DNA of 64,000 nucleotides from assembly GCA_964417685.1 (NCBI GenBank), contig CAYQIT010000002.1, forward strand, positions 87,482 through 151,481, written 5' to 3'. The position numbers and the translations under genes were made by a program. The DNA comes from an uncultured Gammaproteobacteria bacterium. GTDB lineage: Bacteria > Pseudomonadota > Gammaproteobacteria > Magnimaribacterales > D2472. The notes under the pieces were generated by a model, which saw only the letters and a list, made by a program, of their open reading frames with translations, ran no database searches and was not told where the DNA came from. This document shows positions 51,778 through 61,009 of this stretch, piece after piece (positions within the stretch are counted from its first letter, which is position 1; each line of letters opens with the position of its first letter).

Positions 51778-52245
51778 ATGTACGGATTTAACACAGTTTC
51801 AATAGATGCAAAGGGAAGAATAGCGATACCTGCTAAATATAGAAACTACTTAGAAAAAACAAACGAAAAGATAATCTCTATAACAAGAGATCCACAGTAT
51901 CCATCTTTAAAAGTTTATTTTGGTTCTCAATGGCAACAAATTTCTCACCATTTAGAGTCCCTGCAAAGCCTTGATCCGGTAGTGAGAAAAATACAATGGA
52001 CCATATTAGGAAATGCTAGTGTAAATGAATTTGATCCATCTGGGAGGATGTTGGTAAATATCCCAACTGAGCTCAGAGAGTATGCAGAGATTAATGAGAA
52101 AAATAAATTGTGTCTTGTTGGCATGGGAAATAAATTTGAAATTTGGGAGCATGAGAATTGGTCTTCACGACAAAATGGTGGACCACTTTCTACTGAAATC
52201 TTAGATATTGTTTTACCAGAAACAATTAAATCTATGTCATTTTAA
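51778..52245 (+). CDS. mraZ: Transcriptional regulator MraZ
   Basis: Start set at the ATG at 51778 (MYGFNTVSIDAKGRIAIPAKYR...), matching homolog N-termini. 155 aa. It has two SpoVT/AbrB-like repeats, each with a DxxGR motif (DAKGR, DPSGR). Confidence 0.9.
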   Translation: MYGFNTVSIDAKGRIAIPAKYRNYLEKTNEKIISITRDPQYPSLKVYFGSQWQQISHHLESLQSLDPVVRKIQWTILGNASVNEFDPSGRMLVNIPTELREYAEINEKNKLCLVGMGNKFEIWEHENWSSRQNGGPLSTEILDIVLPETIKSMSF

Positions 52246-52257
52246 AAGGGGATTATT

Positions 52258-53370
52258 ATGAATTGGGAAGTAATTGGTCAAGAAATAGAAAACGCTAAAA
52301 TAAAAGTTGTTGGTGTCGGAGGAGCAGGCGGGAATGCTGTAATCCATATGATTAATCATAATATTGAAGGTGTTGATTTTATTTGTGCCAACACAGATAC
52401 CCAAGCACTTTCAGAAGCCAATGGAGCAATTTCTCTTAAACTTGGCAACGGTTTAACAAAAGGTTTAGGCGCAGGTGCAGATCCAGATATAGGAAGAAAA
52501 GCAGCTGAGAGCGATAGAGGTGCTATAGAAGAGCTTCTTAGTGGCGCAGATATGATATTTATAACTGCAGGAATGGGCGGAGGTACAGGAACAGGAGCTG
52601 CTCCAGTTATTGCGTCAATCGCAAAAGAAATGGGAGCTTTAACAGTTGCTGTTGTAACGAAACCATTCAAATTTGAAGGTAAAAGGAGAATGTCTGCTGC
52701 AGAAAAAGGCCTGGCATCTCTTGTTGAAGAAGTAGATAGCCTCATAACAATACCAAATCAAAAACTATATGAAATTCTGGGCGGAAATACTCCTATGCAA
52801 GAAGCTTTTGCAAAAGCTGATGATGTCTTAAAAGGAGCTGTGCAGGGAATATCTGACATTATCATGAAAAAAGGTCATATTAATGTTGACTTTGCTGATG
52901 TTAAAACCGTAATGTCTGAAAAAGGAATTGCAATGATGGGTACTGGAAGATCTAGCGGAAAAGATAGAGCGATTGAAGCTGCAACTCAAGCAGTAAAAAG
53001 CGAACTCTTAGAAGATATTAATCTTAAAAATGCTAGAGGCGTCTTAGTAAATATTACTGCAAAAGAGCCAACACTTAATGATCAAACAGATGTTGCAGAT
53101 ATTGTTGATGAAATTTGTAGTGAAGAAGCTAATATCATTTACGGTTTAGTTTATGACGAGACAGTAGAAGAAGACCTCTTGGTCACAATTGTAGCTACAG
53201 GAGTTGATCAAAGAGGGCCTTCATTAGCAATTGATAATCAGCCTTCTATTAAATTAAATCCTGTTGGTCTAAATAGAGAAAAACAACCCAGTCAAAAAGT
53301 TGGCACATCGTCTGCAGAGGAAATTAACTTCCTCGATGTGCCTACTTTTATGAGAAAGCAAGTAGATTAA
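52258..53370 (+). CDS. ftsZ: Cell division protein FtsZ
   Basis: 370 aa with GVGGAGGNAV, tubulin signature GGGTGTGAAPV, NVDFADVKTVM and the C-terminal anchor peptide LDVPTFMRKQVD. The core aligns with E. coli FtsZ throughout. SD AAGGGGA. Confidence 0.96.
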   Translation: MNWEVIGQEIENAKIKVVGVGGAGGNAVIHMINHNIEGVDFICANTDTQALSEANGAISLKLGNGLTKGLGAGADPDIGRKAAESDRGAIEELLSGADMIFITAGMGGGTGTGAAPVIASIAKEMGALTVAVVTKPFKFEGKRRMSAAEKGLASLVEEVDSLITIPNQKLYEILGGNTPMQEAFAKADDVLKGAVQGISDIIMKKGHINVDFADVKTVMSEKGIAMMGTGRSSGKDRAIEAATQAVKSELLEDINLKNARGVLVNITAKEPTLNDQTDVADIVDEICSEEANIIYGLVYDETVEEDLLVTIVATGVDQRGPSLAIDNQPSIKLNPVGLNREKQPSQKVGTSSAEEINFLDVPTFMRKQVD

Positions 53371-53371
53371 A

Positions 53372-54265
53372 ATGCTTCACTTTCCAGTCCTTCTGGAAGA
53401 ATCGCTAAGATATTTAATTTCTAACAAAGATGGCAATTACATTGACTGTACATATGGTAGAGGCGGCCATTCTCAAAAAATATTAGACGAAATAACCGCT
53501 AGCGGAACTCTTACTGCATTTGATAAAGACCCAGAAGCAATAGCAGATGCAAAACAGATTAATAGCAGTCAATTCACAGCAATTAACTCTTCATTTAACA
53601 AACTTGAAAGTTATTTCAAAGAGAATTCAGTAGATGGTATTTTGTATGATCTAGGTACTTGTTCAACGCATTTTGATGATGGTGATAGAGGCTTTAGTTT
53701 TATAAATAATGGCCCTTTAGATATGCGTTTCAACAATACAAAAGGTAAGCCACTTTATGATTGGATTAATAATGCATCCCATGATGAGATACTTAAAGTT
53801 CTATACGAATATGGTGACGAGAAGCATGGAAAGTTAATTACAAGGAAAATTTTAGAATATAGAGAAAAACAAAAAATATTAACAACATTTGATTTAGCAG
53901 ATTTAATAAAAGATTGTTATCCAGATAAGAATAAAAAAATTCATCCTGCAACTAAGTCATTCCAAGCTTTTAGAATTTTTATAAATGATGAGTTAAATGA
54001 AATTAATCAGTCTCTCAATCAGGCAATGAAAATCTTAAAAAAAGATGGCCGAATAGTCGTCATATCCTTTCATTCACTTGAAGATAATCTTGTAAAAAAT
54101 TTTTTTAAGCCAAATAAATTAGAGTTTCCAAAAGATATACCAATAAATACTATCGAAGATGAGAAATTTAAATGTATTGCAAAAAAAATAAGGCCTAGCA
54201 CAGATGAGATTAATATAAATTCAAGATCCAGAAGTGCGATTATGAGGGTATTTAAGAAATTATGA
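53372..54265 (+). CDS. rsmH: 16S rRNA m4C1402 methyltransferase RsmH (MraW)
   Basis: 297 aa. N-terminus is HFPVLLEESL, followed by DCTYGRGGHS, DLGTCS and ISFHSLED. Confidence 0.93.
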   Translation: MLHFPVLLEESLRYLISNKDGNYIDCTYGRGGHSQKILDEITASGTLTAFDKDPEAIADAKQINSSQFTAINSSFNKLESYFKENSVDGILYDLGTCSTHFDDGDRGFSFINNGPLDMRFNNTKGKPLYDWINNASHDEILKVLYEYGDEKHGKLITRKILEYREKQKILTTFDLADLIKDCYPDKNKKIHPATKSFQAFRIFINDELNEINQSLNQAMKILKKDGRIVVISFHSLEDNLVKNFFKPNKLEFPKDIPINTIEDEKFKCIAKKIRPSTDEININSRSRSAIMRVFKKL

Positions 54266-54543
54266 GTTTAAATTCAAAAACTTTTGTTATTTTCCTACTC
54301 ATTTTTTTCATAACTTTTTTATCTTTTGAAAATATTAAACTTTCATGGGAGGTTGCCAAACTTCATCAAAATAATGAAAACCTCCAAGTTGAATATAATA
54401 AATTCAAAGATCATAATTTGAAGTTGGTCACCCAATACCACTCAGAAAATTCGATTGCAATTATTGAAAAACAATCTAAAGAAGTTCTTGGTATGTTAAA
54501 AAAGAAACCAATAACAATTACGAATAATGAAGAAGGCAAATAA
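54262..54543 (+). CDS. ftsL: Cell division protein FtsL
   Basis: 93 aa, bitopic, with a TM followed by a coiled-coil-like segment. Position is between rsmH and ftsI, overlapping both. Confidence 0.7.
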   Translation: MSLNSKTFVIFLLIFFITFLSFENIKLSWEVAKLHQNNENLQVEYNKFKDHNLKLVTQYHSENSIAIIEKQSKEVLGMLKKKPITITNNEEGK

Positions 54544-56134
54544 ATACATAAATATAAGACTTTTGCTGGTATGCGCTGCATTGTCACTAGCCATCATAAG
54601 TGTAGTAACTAAACTGGTTTTATTGAGCATTTCAGATGGGGTTTTTTTACAAAATGAAGGTAAAAAACGTTATATAAAATACAGAGAGATTAAATCAGTT
54701 AGAGGTGGTATTTATGATAGAAATAATTTTCCTCTAGCAATCTCTATAGTTAATTATGATTTATATGCATTGAGTGGATTAACAAAAAATGAGCTCAAAA
54801 AAGTAAATGTTGTTTTGGATAATGAACTTAATTTTGATAAAAATTTTCTTTTTAAGAAAAAGACTTTGCTTAAAAAGAATATTACTCCAACAGAACATAT
54901 TGCTTTAAAGGAATTAAATTTAAATAGGCTCGAAGTAGAAGTTAGACATAGTAGGCATTATCCTCTTGGAGACCAGATAGCTCCATTGGTTGGTTTTTAT
55001 GGAAAAGATGGCGCTCAAGAAGGCTTAGAGATGAGTTACAACTTTTTATTAGATGGGATCAATGGTAGAGAGAAATTATATAAAAATGCTAAACAAGAAA
55101 TTATTTCAAAACCCATCGAGGTAATTAATAGAGTTCCAGGTAAAGATATCATTTTAACTATTGATTCAACTATTCAATTTTATGCATACAAATATCTGGC
55201 TGAAGCTGTAAAAAATAATAATGCAAAGTCAGGAAGCGTTATAGTTCTGGATAATAAAGAGGGTGAAATATTAGCAATTGCAAGCTACCCATCATATAAC
55301 CCGAATGACCCAATGAGATCTATACAAAAGAATAGAGCATTAGTTGATGCGTATGAATTTGGTTCTGCAATAAAACCAATTCTTCTATCTTTTGCAATTG
55401 ATGAAGAAGTTATAGATTTGGACGAAGAAATTTATACTCCCCAACGATTCGAGATTGAAAATAAAATTATCTCAGATCCTAAAAACCACCAATCATTGAA
55501 ACCTATGGATATTATTGCCTATTCTAGTCAAGTTGGAGCAACAAAAGTTGCTCTAAAAACAGGATATGACAGCATTAAAAAAAATTATATTAATTTTGGA
55601 TTTTCAAAGCCTATTTCAATTAATTTTCCATCATCATCATTGGGGTATTTCAATTTTAAAGATAGCGTGAGTGATAGGGAGCTTGCAGCGTTGGGATATG
55701 GCTATGGCTTCGAAGTTAGCCCATATCAATTAGCAAGCGCATATTCTGTTTTTGCAAATGGCGGAATATTAAAAGATTTTGTAATCATAAAAGATGAGCC
55801 AGTTATATCCCAGCAAGTTATTTCAAAAGAGTCAGCAGATTATATTTTGCAATCTTTAGAGGCAGTTGTTGAATATGGAACTGGAAAATTAGCTGGCTTA
55901 AAAAATTTTGATACTGGAGGAAAAACTTCAACCGTGCATAAGGTTTCAGTGACCGGATATAAAGATGATTCTTATAGAGCATCATTTGTGGGCATAGCTC
56001 CAGCTAATGAAAAATCTTTAACAATAATGGTTTCTATAGACAACCCGAGTCTAAATTCATATTCAGGTGGAGCTGTTGCAGCTCCTATATTTGCAAAAAT
56101 TGCTGATAGTACTCTTAATTATTTGGGTTATTGA
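54527..56134 (+). CDS. ftsI: Peptidoglycan D,D-transpeptidase FtsI (PBP3)
   Basis: 535 aa with an N-terminal TM and a class B PBP layout. S280-A-I-K is present. The positions aligned to SxN and KTG read S333-S-Q and K466-T-S (see findings). Confidence 0.9.
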   Translation: MKKANKYINIRLLLVCAALSLAIISVVTKLVLLSISDGVFLQNEGKKRYIKYREIKSVRGGIYDRNNFPLAISIVNYDLYALSGLTKNELKKVNVVLDNELNFDKNFLFKKKTLLKKNITPTEHIALKELNLNRLEVEVRHSRHYPLGDQIAPLVGFYGKDGAQEGLEMSYNFLLDGINGREKLYKNAKQEIISKPIEVINRVPGKDIILTIDSTIQFYAYKYLAEAVKNNNAKSGSVIVLDNKEGEILAIASYPSYNPNDPMRSIQKNRALVDAYEFGSAIKPILLSFAIDEEVIDLDEEIYTPQRFEIENKIISDPKNHQSLKPMDIIAYSSQVGATKVALKTGYDSIKKNYINFGFSKPISINFPSSSLGYFNFKDSVSDRELAALGYGYGFEVSPYQLASAYSVFANGGILKDFVIIKDEPVISQQVISKESADYILQSLEAVVEYGTGKLAGLKNFDTGGKTSTVHKVSVTGYKDDSYRASFVGIAPANEKSLTIMVSIDNPSLNSYSGGAVAAPIFAKIADSTLNYLGY

Positions 56135-56135
56135 T

Positions 56136-57569
56136 ATGATAAAAAAATTAATGTCTATTTTGAATATAGATTTTATCCCGACTAGAAAAATTTCAGCAAT
56201 TACAAATTTTTCTAAAGATGTTAAAAAAGACTCTATATTTTTTGCTCTAGATGGCGTTAACAGACATGGTACATCCTATATAGATGAAGTTATATCTAAA
56301 GACCCAATGCTTATTATTCATAACAACAAGGATTATGCATGTGGTCACAATAATGTTTTTTTTGTTGAGGATTTGACTGAAAAGCTACTACCATTTTTAT
56401 GCGAATACTATCAAATTGATTTAGATAAATTTAAGTTTATTGGATTTACAGGAACAAATGGAAAGACCTCAGCTGCTTATTTCTGTCACCAAATTCTTAT
56501 TTCTATGAATTTATCATCATCATACATAGGAACTTTAGGGTTTCTAAATAACAGCATAAATAATTTTATAGAGTCTAAAAATACAACCCCAGGTGTATTT
56601 GAGATTTTTAATTTTTTATCGACTTTAGATCAGAGCAGAACTAATCATATATGTTTAGAGGTTTCCTCTCATGCTCTCGATCAAAATAGATTAAAAGGAA
56701 TCCAATTAGATGTCTCATCAATTATGAATATAACTAAGGATCATCTCGACTATCATCTAACAGAAGAGAGCTATATAAAGTCGAAGTTAAAAATCATTGA
56801 TATAACAAAATCTGGATCAACTTTCGTTAACAATTTATTAAAAAAAGTCATTATAAATCATACCAATCATAATCTAGACTCACTAAAATTTCTTGATAGC
56901 TATGGCTCTAATGATGATTGTTTTTTACATATTGAAGAATGTAATATGAAGCAGTCTAAATTTTCTTTAAGAATAAATTCAGACTTATTTAATTTTTCGC
57001 AAAAATTATTTCCAGAATTTAATATTCAAAACTTTATTTATGCTTTTTTATCAATTCATAGACTTTATCAAGATAAAGATTTATCAAAGCTGAGCTTAGA
57101 TTCTATTAAATTACCGAAAGGCAGATTACAGATTGTTGAGGATATTAAAGATAATATCATCATCGACTATGCACATAATCCTGATAGTTTTAAAAATATC
57201 CTAAAGCCGATAAATGAACAATTTAAAGGCATTATTACCTTATTTGGTTGTGGTGGTGACAGGGATAAAGAAAAAAGGCCATTAATGTTAAAGACAGCAT
57301 TAAAATATTCTGAAACTGTTATATTCACATCTGACAATAATAGAAGTGAATGCTTTGAATCTATTGTGGATGATGCTATGAATGGACATAGTTCCACAAA
57401 TATTAAAATTATCAAAGATAGAAAGAAAGCAATTATTCAAGGCTGCAAGTTATTAACAAAAGACAAATGCCTTCTAATTTTAGGTAAGGGTCATGAAGAG
57501 ACGCAAGAAGAGAATGGAGAAAGGTTCTATTTTAGCGATGAAGAGGTTGTGAATGAAATTTATAAGTAA
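56136..57569 (+). CDS. murE: UDP-MurNAc-tripeptide synthetase MurE (meso-DAP-adding type)
   Basis: Start set at the ATG at 56136 (MIKKLMSILN...), 2 nt after the ftsI stop. The tracked 56067 start would overlap ftsI by 68 nt. Contains GTNGKTS and a DNNR variant of the DNPR DAP-specificity motif. Confidence 0.9.
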   Translation: MIKKLMSILNIDFIPTRKISAITNFSKDVKKDSIFFALDGVNRHGTSYIDEVISKDPMLIIHNNKDYACGHNNVFFVEDLTEKLLPFLCEYYQIDLDKFKFIGFTGTNGKTSAAYFCHQILISMNLSSSYIGTLGFLNNSINNFIESKNTTPGVFEIFNFLSTLDQSRTNHICLEVSSHALDQNRLKGIQLDVSSIMNITKDHLDYHLTEESYIKSKLKIIDITKSGSTFVNNLLKKVIINHTNHNLDSLKFLDSYGSNDDCFLHIEECNMKQSKFSLRINSDLFNFSQKLFPEFNIQNFIYAFLSIHRLYQDKDLSKLSLDSIKLPKGRLQIVEDIKDNIIIDYAHNPDSFKNILKPINEQFKGIITLFGCGGDRDKEKRPLMLKTALKYSETVIFTSDNNRSECFESIVDDAMNGHSSTNIKIIKDRKKAIIQGCKLLTKDKCLLILGKGHEETQEENGERFYFSDEEVVNEIYK

Positions 57570-58893
57570 TACTAATGATATTAGGCATCATCTCGGTATA
57601 AAAAGCGAATCTTATCCAGATCCAATATCAAATATTACATTTGATTCTAGGAAGGTAAAAAAATCTTCATTTTTTATATGCTTAAAGGGTGAAAGTTCCG
57701 ATGGCAATGAATTCATTGATGAGGCTTTAAATAAAGGAGCAAGCTTAATCTTATCTAATAGAAAGAAGCTTGCTGAAAATAATAAAAAAATCATTTATAC
57801 ACCCGACACTATTAAAGCTTTGAGAAAAATCTCCAAAAGTATTATTAATTCATTTTCAAACAACAGGATTGGTATTACAGGAAGTAATGGAAAGACTACA
57901 ACTACTAAAATTATTACAAAAACACTTTTCAATTCATCAGGAACTATAAAAAATTTTAATAATGAAATTGGAATGCCGTTAAGCATTATGAATGCTAGGG
58001 CGCAGGCAAAGAACCTGGTTATTGAAATGGGTGCTGCTAAATTCAAAGATATCAATTATTTAAGTTCAATACTTAAACCTAGCATCGGAATAATTACTAA
58101 TATTGGCCATTCTCATCTAGAAAATCTACAAAATACTGAGGGTGTATTAAAAGTAAAGTCTGAATTGATACCAAACATTACAAAAGGGGGATATTTAATA
58201 GTACCTGCAAATAATGAAAAGCATCTTAGTTACTGGAAAAAAATTAGAAGTGATATAAAGGTTATAACATTTAGCGCACATAAGAATGCTGACTTTATTG
58301 CAAAAAATATAAAAGAATCTAGCGCCGGCATGATTTTTTCAATAGTATCAAAAAATTATGATGTAGATTTAGATATCAAAACTGATTTAATGGGGATGCA
58401 TAATATTGAAAATATCCTTGCAGCATACATAGTAAATTTTCTAACTCAAAAGAATAATAAATATTTTCAAAAGAAAATATCATTAGTTGATAGACATACT
58501 TCAAGACAGAGGAAGCTTGATTGGATAAATAATTCTATGCTTATTGATGATTCTTACAATGCAAATCCTGACTCGGTTAAGAAAAGCTTAGAGCTTTTAT
58601 CAAAATATAAAGAAAGAAAGTTATTTATTATGGGAGATATGCTAGAGCTTGGAAAGCAGAGCAGCAGTTATCACAAACAGATAGGGAAGTATGCCTCAGA
58701 TAAAGGCATAGACATTATTTTGGCTATTGGAGATCATACTAAGCATTCAGCAAATGAATTTGGGGAAAATGGCTTTTTCTTTGAATGTGAAAAAGAATTA
58801 AAAGATTTTATTAATAACAATGTAAAATCTAACGATATAGTTTTACTCAAAGGCTCAAGGGGCATGAAGATGGAAAGGTTTATAAATGTTTGA
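57553..58893 (+). CDS. murF: UDP-MurNAc-pentapeptide synthetase MurF
   Basis: 446 aa with P-loop GITGSNGKTTT and DDSYNANPDS. Confidence 0.9.
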   Translation: MKFISNTNDIRHHLGIKSESYPDPISNITFDSRKVKKSSFFICLKGESSDGNEFIDEALNKGASLILSNRKKLAENNKKIIYTPDTIKALRKISKSIINSFSNNRIGITGSNGKTTTTKIITKTLFNSSGTIKNFNNEIGMPLSIMNARAQAKNLVIEMGAAKFKDINYLSSILKPSIGIITNIGHSHLENLQNTEGVLKVKSELIPNITKGGYLIVPANNEKHLSYWKKIRSDIKVITFSAHKNADFIAKNIKESSAGMIFSIVSKNYDVDLDIKTDLMGMHNIENILAAYIVNFLTQKNNKYFQKKISLVDRHTSRQRKLDWINNSMLIDDSYNANPDSVKKSLELLSKYKERKLFIMGDMLELGKQSSSYHKQIGKYASDKGIDIILAIGDHTKHSANEFGENGFFFECEKELKDFINNNVKSNDIVLLKGSRGMKMERFINV

Positions 58894-59971
58894 ATATCTT
58901 GGATCTGTTCTTGTAAGCGTTGATCCTGGCTTTGATGTTTTAAGATATTTAACGGTTAGAACTCTTGGTGGAACCGTAACAGCGTTATTAATCACTATAG
59001 TATTTGGTCCTTTGTTTATAAATAAACTTAAATCGATGCAGTTTGAGCAATATGTTCGAAACGAAGGGCCTAAATCCCACTACAAAAAAACAGGCACTCC
59101 AACCATGGGAGGCATTTTAATAATTTCGTCTATGTTAATTTCAACCCTTCTTTGGGCAGACCTAAGCAACAGGTATATTTGGGTAGTCCTCGTCACTACA
59201 ATTTCTTTTGCTTTTATAGGTTTCTTAGATGATTTTCTCAAGATTAAAAATAAAAGTTCGGACGGGCTGACATCTAAACAAAAGATACTCATGCAACTTG
59301 TTGTGTCGATATCAATAATATCTTACCTATTTTTTTCGCATGACCAAGTCGCCGAGATTTCATTTATTGTTCCATTTTTTAAGAATTTTATAATCCCAAT
59401 GGGAACTTTATTATTTATATTTATTGGTACGTTTGTTTTAATCGGTTCTTCAAATGCTGTAAATCTTACAGACGGTTTAGATGGTTTAGCCATTTTGCCA
59501 TCTGTGCTTATTGCTGGTGCATTAGGGCTTATAGCTTATAGTATGGGTAATCAGATCATTGCAGATTACCTATATCTGCCTCATTTGCCTTTATCAGGAG
59601 AGTTAATTGTTTTTTGTGGTGCGTTAATTGGATCAGGTATTGGCTTTCTTTGGTATAACACATATCCAGCTCAAGTATTTATGGGAGACGTTGGCTCATT
59701 AACACTTGGTGCAATTTTAGGAATAATGGCAGTTATATTAAGGCATGAATTGGTATTTGCAATTATGGCAGGTGTATTTGTTATCGAGACTTTAAGTGTT
59801 GCGATACAGGTAATTTCATTCAAAACTAGAGGTAAAAGAGTTTTCTTGATGGCACCAATTCATCATCATTTTGAACTTAAGGGATGGCCTGAACCTAAAA
59901 TAATTGTGAGGTTCTGGATAATTACTCTTGTCTTGATTCTTGTAGCATTAGCTACTTTAAAATTAAGGTGA
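58886..59971 (+). CDS. mraY: Phospho-MurNAc-pentapeptide translocase MraY
   Basis: 361 aa, polytopic, with NAVNLTDGLDGLA and APIHHHFELKGW. Confidence 0.96.
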   Translation: MFEYLGSVLVSVDPGFDVLRYLTVRTLGGTVTALLITIVFGPLFINKLKSMQFEQYVRNEGPKSHYKKTGTPTMGGILIISSMLISTLLWADLSNRYIWVVLVTTISFAFIGFLDDFLKIKNKSSDGLTSKQKILMQLVVSISIISYLFFSHDQVAEISFIVPFFKNFIIPMGTLLFIFIGTFVLIGSSNAVNLTDGLDGLAILPSVLIAGALGLIAYSMGNQIIADYLYLPHLPLSGELIVFCGALIGSGIGFLWYNTYPAQVFMGDVGSLTLGAILGIMAVILRHELVFAIMAGVFVIETLSVAIQVISFKTRGKRVFLMAPIHHHFELKGWPEPKIIVRFWIITLVLILVALATLKLR

Positions 59972-59980
59972 TATCTGGAA

Positions 59981-61009
59981 ATGAAATCCTTAATTTATGG
60001 ATATGGAATTACAGGAAAGTCTTTTGAACGATACTTAAAAAAAAAGAAAGTAGCCTACGATATCTTCGATCAAAACATTCCAGAATATAGTATAAAACTT
60101 GATCTAAATAATTATAAAAATATTCTTTGTAGTCCAGGTATTAATGCAGATGAATTTGATCATTTGCAAGCATCAAACAAAGTTTTAACAGATATTGATA
60201 TTTTTTTTGAGGAAGATAATTCTATTAAAATTGGAATTACGGGTACCAATGGGAAAAGTACAACTTGCTTCCATTTAGCTCAATTACTTAAACAGGAGTT
60301 TGGAGTTAATTTAATTGGCAATTTTGGAAATCCGGTTCTGGATGACATCAATAACGGCAATGAATATTCAATAATTGAACTCTCTAGTTTCCAATTGCAT
60401 AAAATGAAAAAAAATAAATTAGATTTTGGAGTGTTGTTGAATATAGAACCTGATCACTTAGATTATCATAAGGATTTTTTATCATACAAAGCTGCAAAAG
60501 AAAGAATCCTCTCTGCCAATAAATCAAGTCAAGAAAATGACCCATATTTGTTATTTGAATGGATTACAAAAAGAAAATGTAAAAAAACAAAGTTAAAAAA
60601 TCTACCATATAGATATCAATTTATTTCTAAAAATATAATTAACGATTCCAAATCAACAAATACCTCATCCTTAAAATATGCAATTAGCAATGCCAATATG
60701 TTTTTTCAAGATGATTATATTTTGATATGTTGCGGTGATCCCAAGAAAGAAAATTTTCCAAAATTAGAAATATCTGGACCTGCAAAAATATTAATTTATG
60801 GCAATCATGCAAAGCAAATCGATGCTTGTATCTCACATCCAAATAAAAACTTATTTGATGATGCAAACCTCTTATTGGAATATTTACAAAACAAGTCTAT
60901 CTTTTCTAATATCTTATTTTCACCCGGTTTTCCAAGCGGACTAGATTACAAGAATTTTGAGGAAAGGGGCGATGATTTTAACAATCTGATATACAACTTA
61001 AAAAAATGA
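59981..61009 (+). CDS. murD: UDP-MurNAc-L-Ala--D-Glu ligase MurD (unusually compact)
   Basis: 342 aa with P-loop GITGTNGKST, ELSSFQL, DSKSTN and a C-terminal SPGFPSGLDYKNFEERGDDF. All three Mur-ligase domains are recognisable but shortened. Confidence 0.85.
   Translation: MKSLIYGYGITGKSFERYLKKKKVAYDIFDQNIPEYSIKLDLNNYKNILCSPGINADEFDHLQASNKVLTDIDIFFEEDNSIKIGITGTNGKSTTCFHLAQLLKQEFGVNLIGNFGNPVLDDINNGNEYSIIELSSFQLHKMKKNKLDFGVLLNIEPDHLDYHKDFLSYKAAKERILSANKSSQENDPYLLFEWITKRKCKKTKLKNLPYRYQFISKNIINDSKSTNTSSLKYAISNANMFFQDDYILICCGDPKKENFPKLEISGPAKILIYGNHAKQIDACISHPNKNLFDDANLLLEYLQNKSIFSNILFSPGFPSGLDYKNFEERGDDFNNLIYNLKK

Noticed and set aside
52258-53370. The possibility that the mraZ-adjacent gene is a divergent FtsZ-like paralog, or a foreign or plasmid-type tubulin homolog, rather than the housekeeping ftsZ.
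   Set aside because: The core aligns closely with E. coli FtsZ along its whole length, and it retains the canonical C-terminal FtsA/ZipA-binding peptide. Codon and base composition look native. A second copy elsewhere still cannot be excluded from this window.
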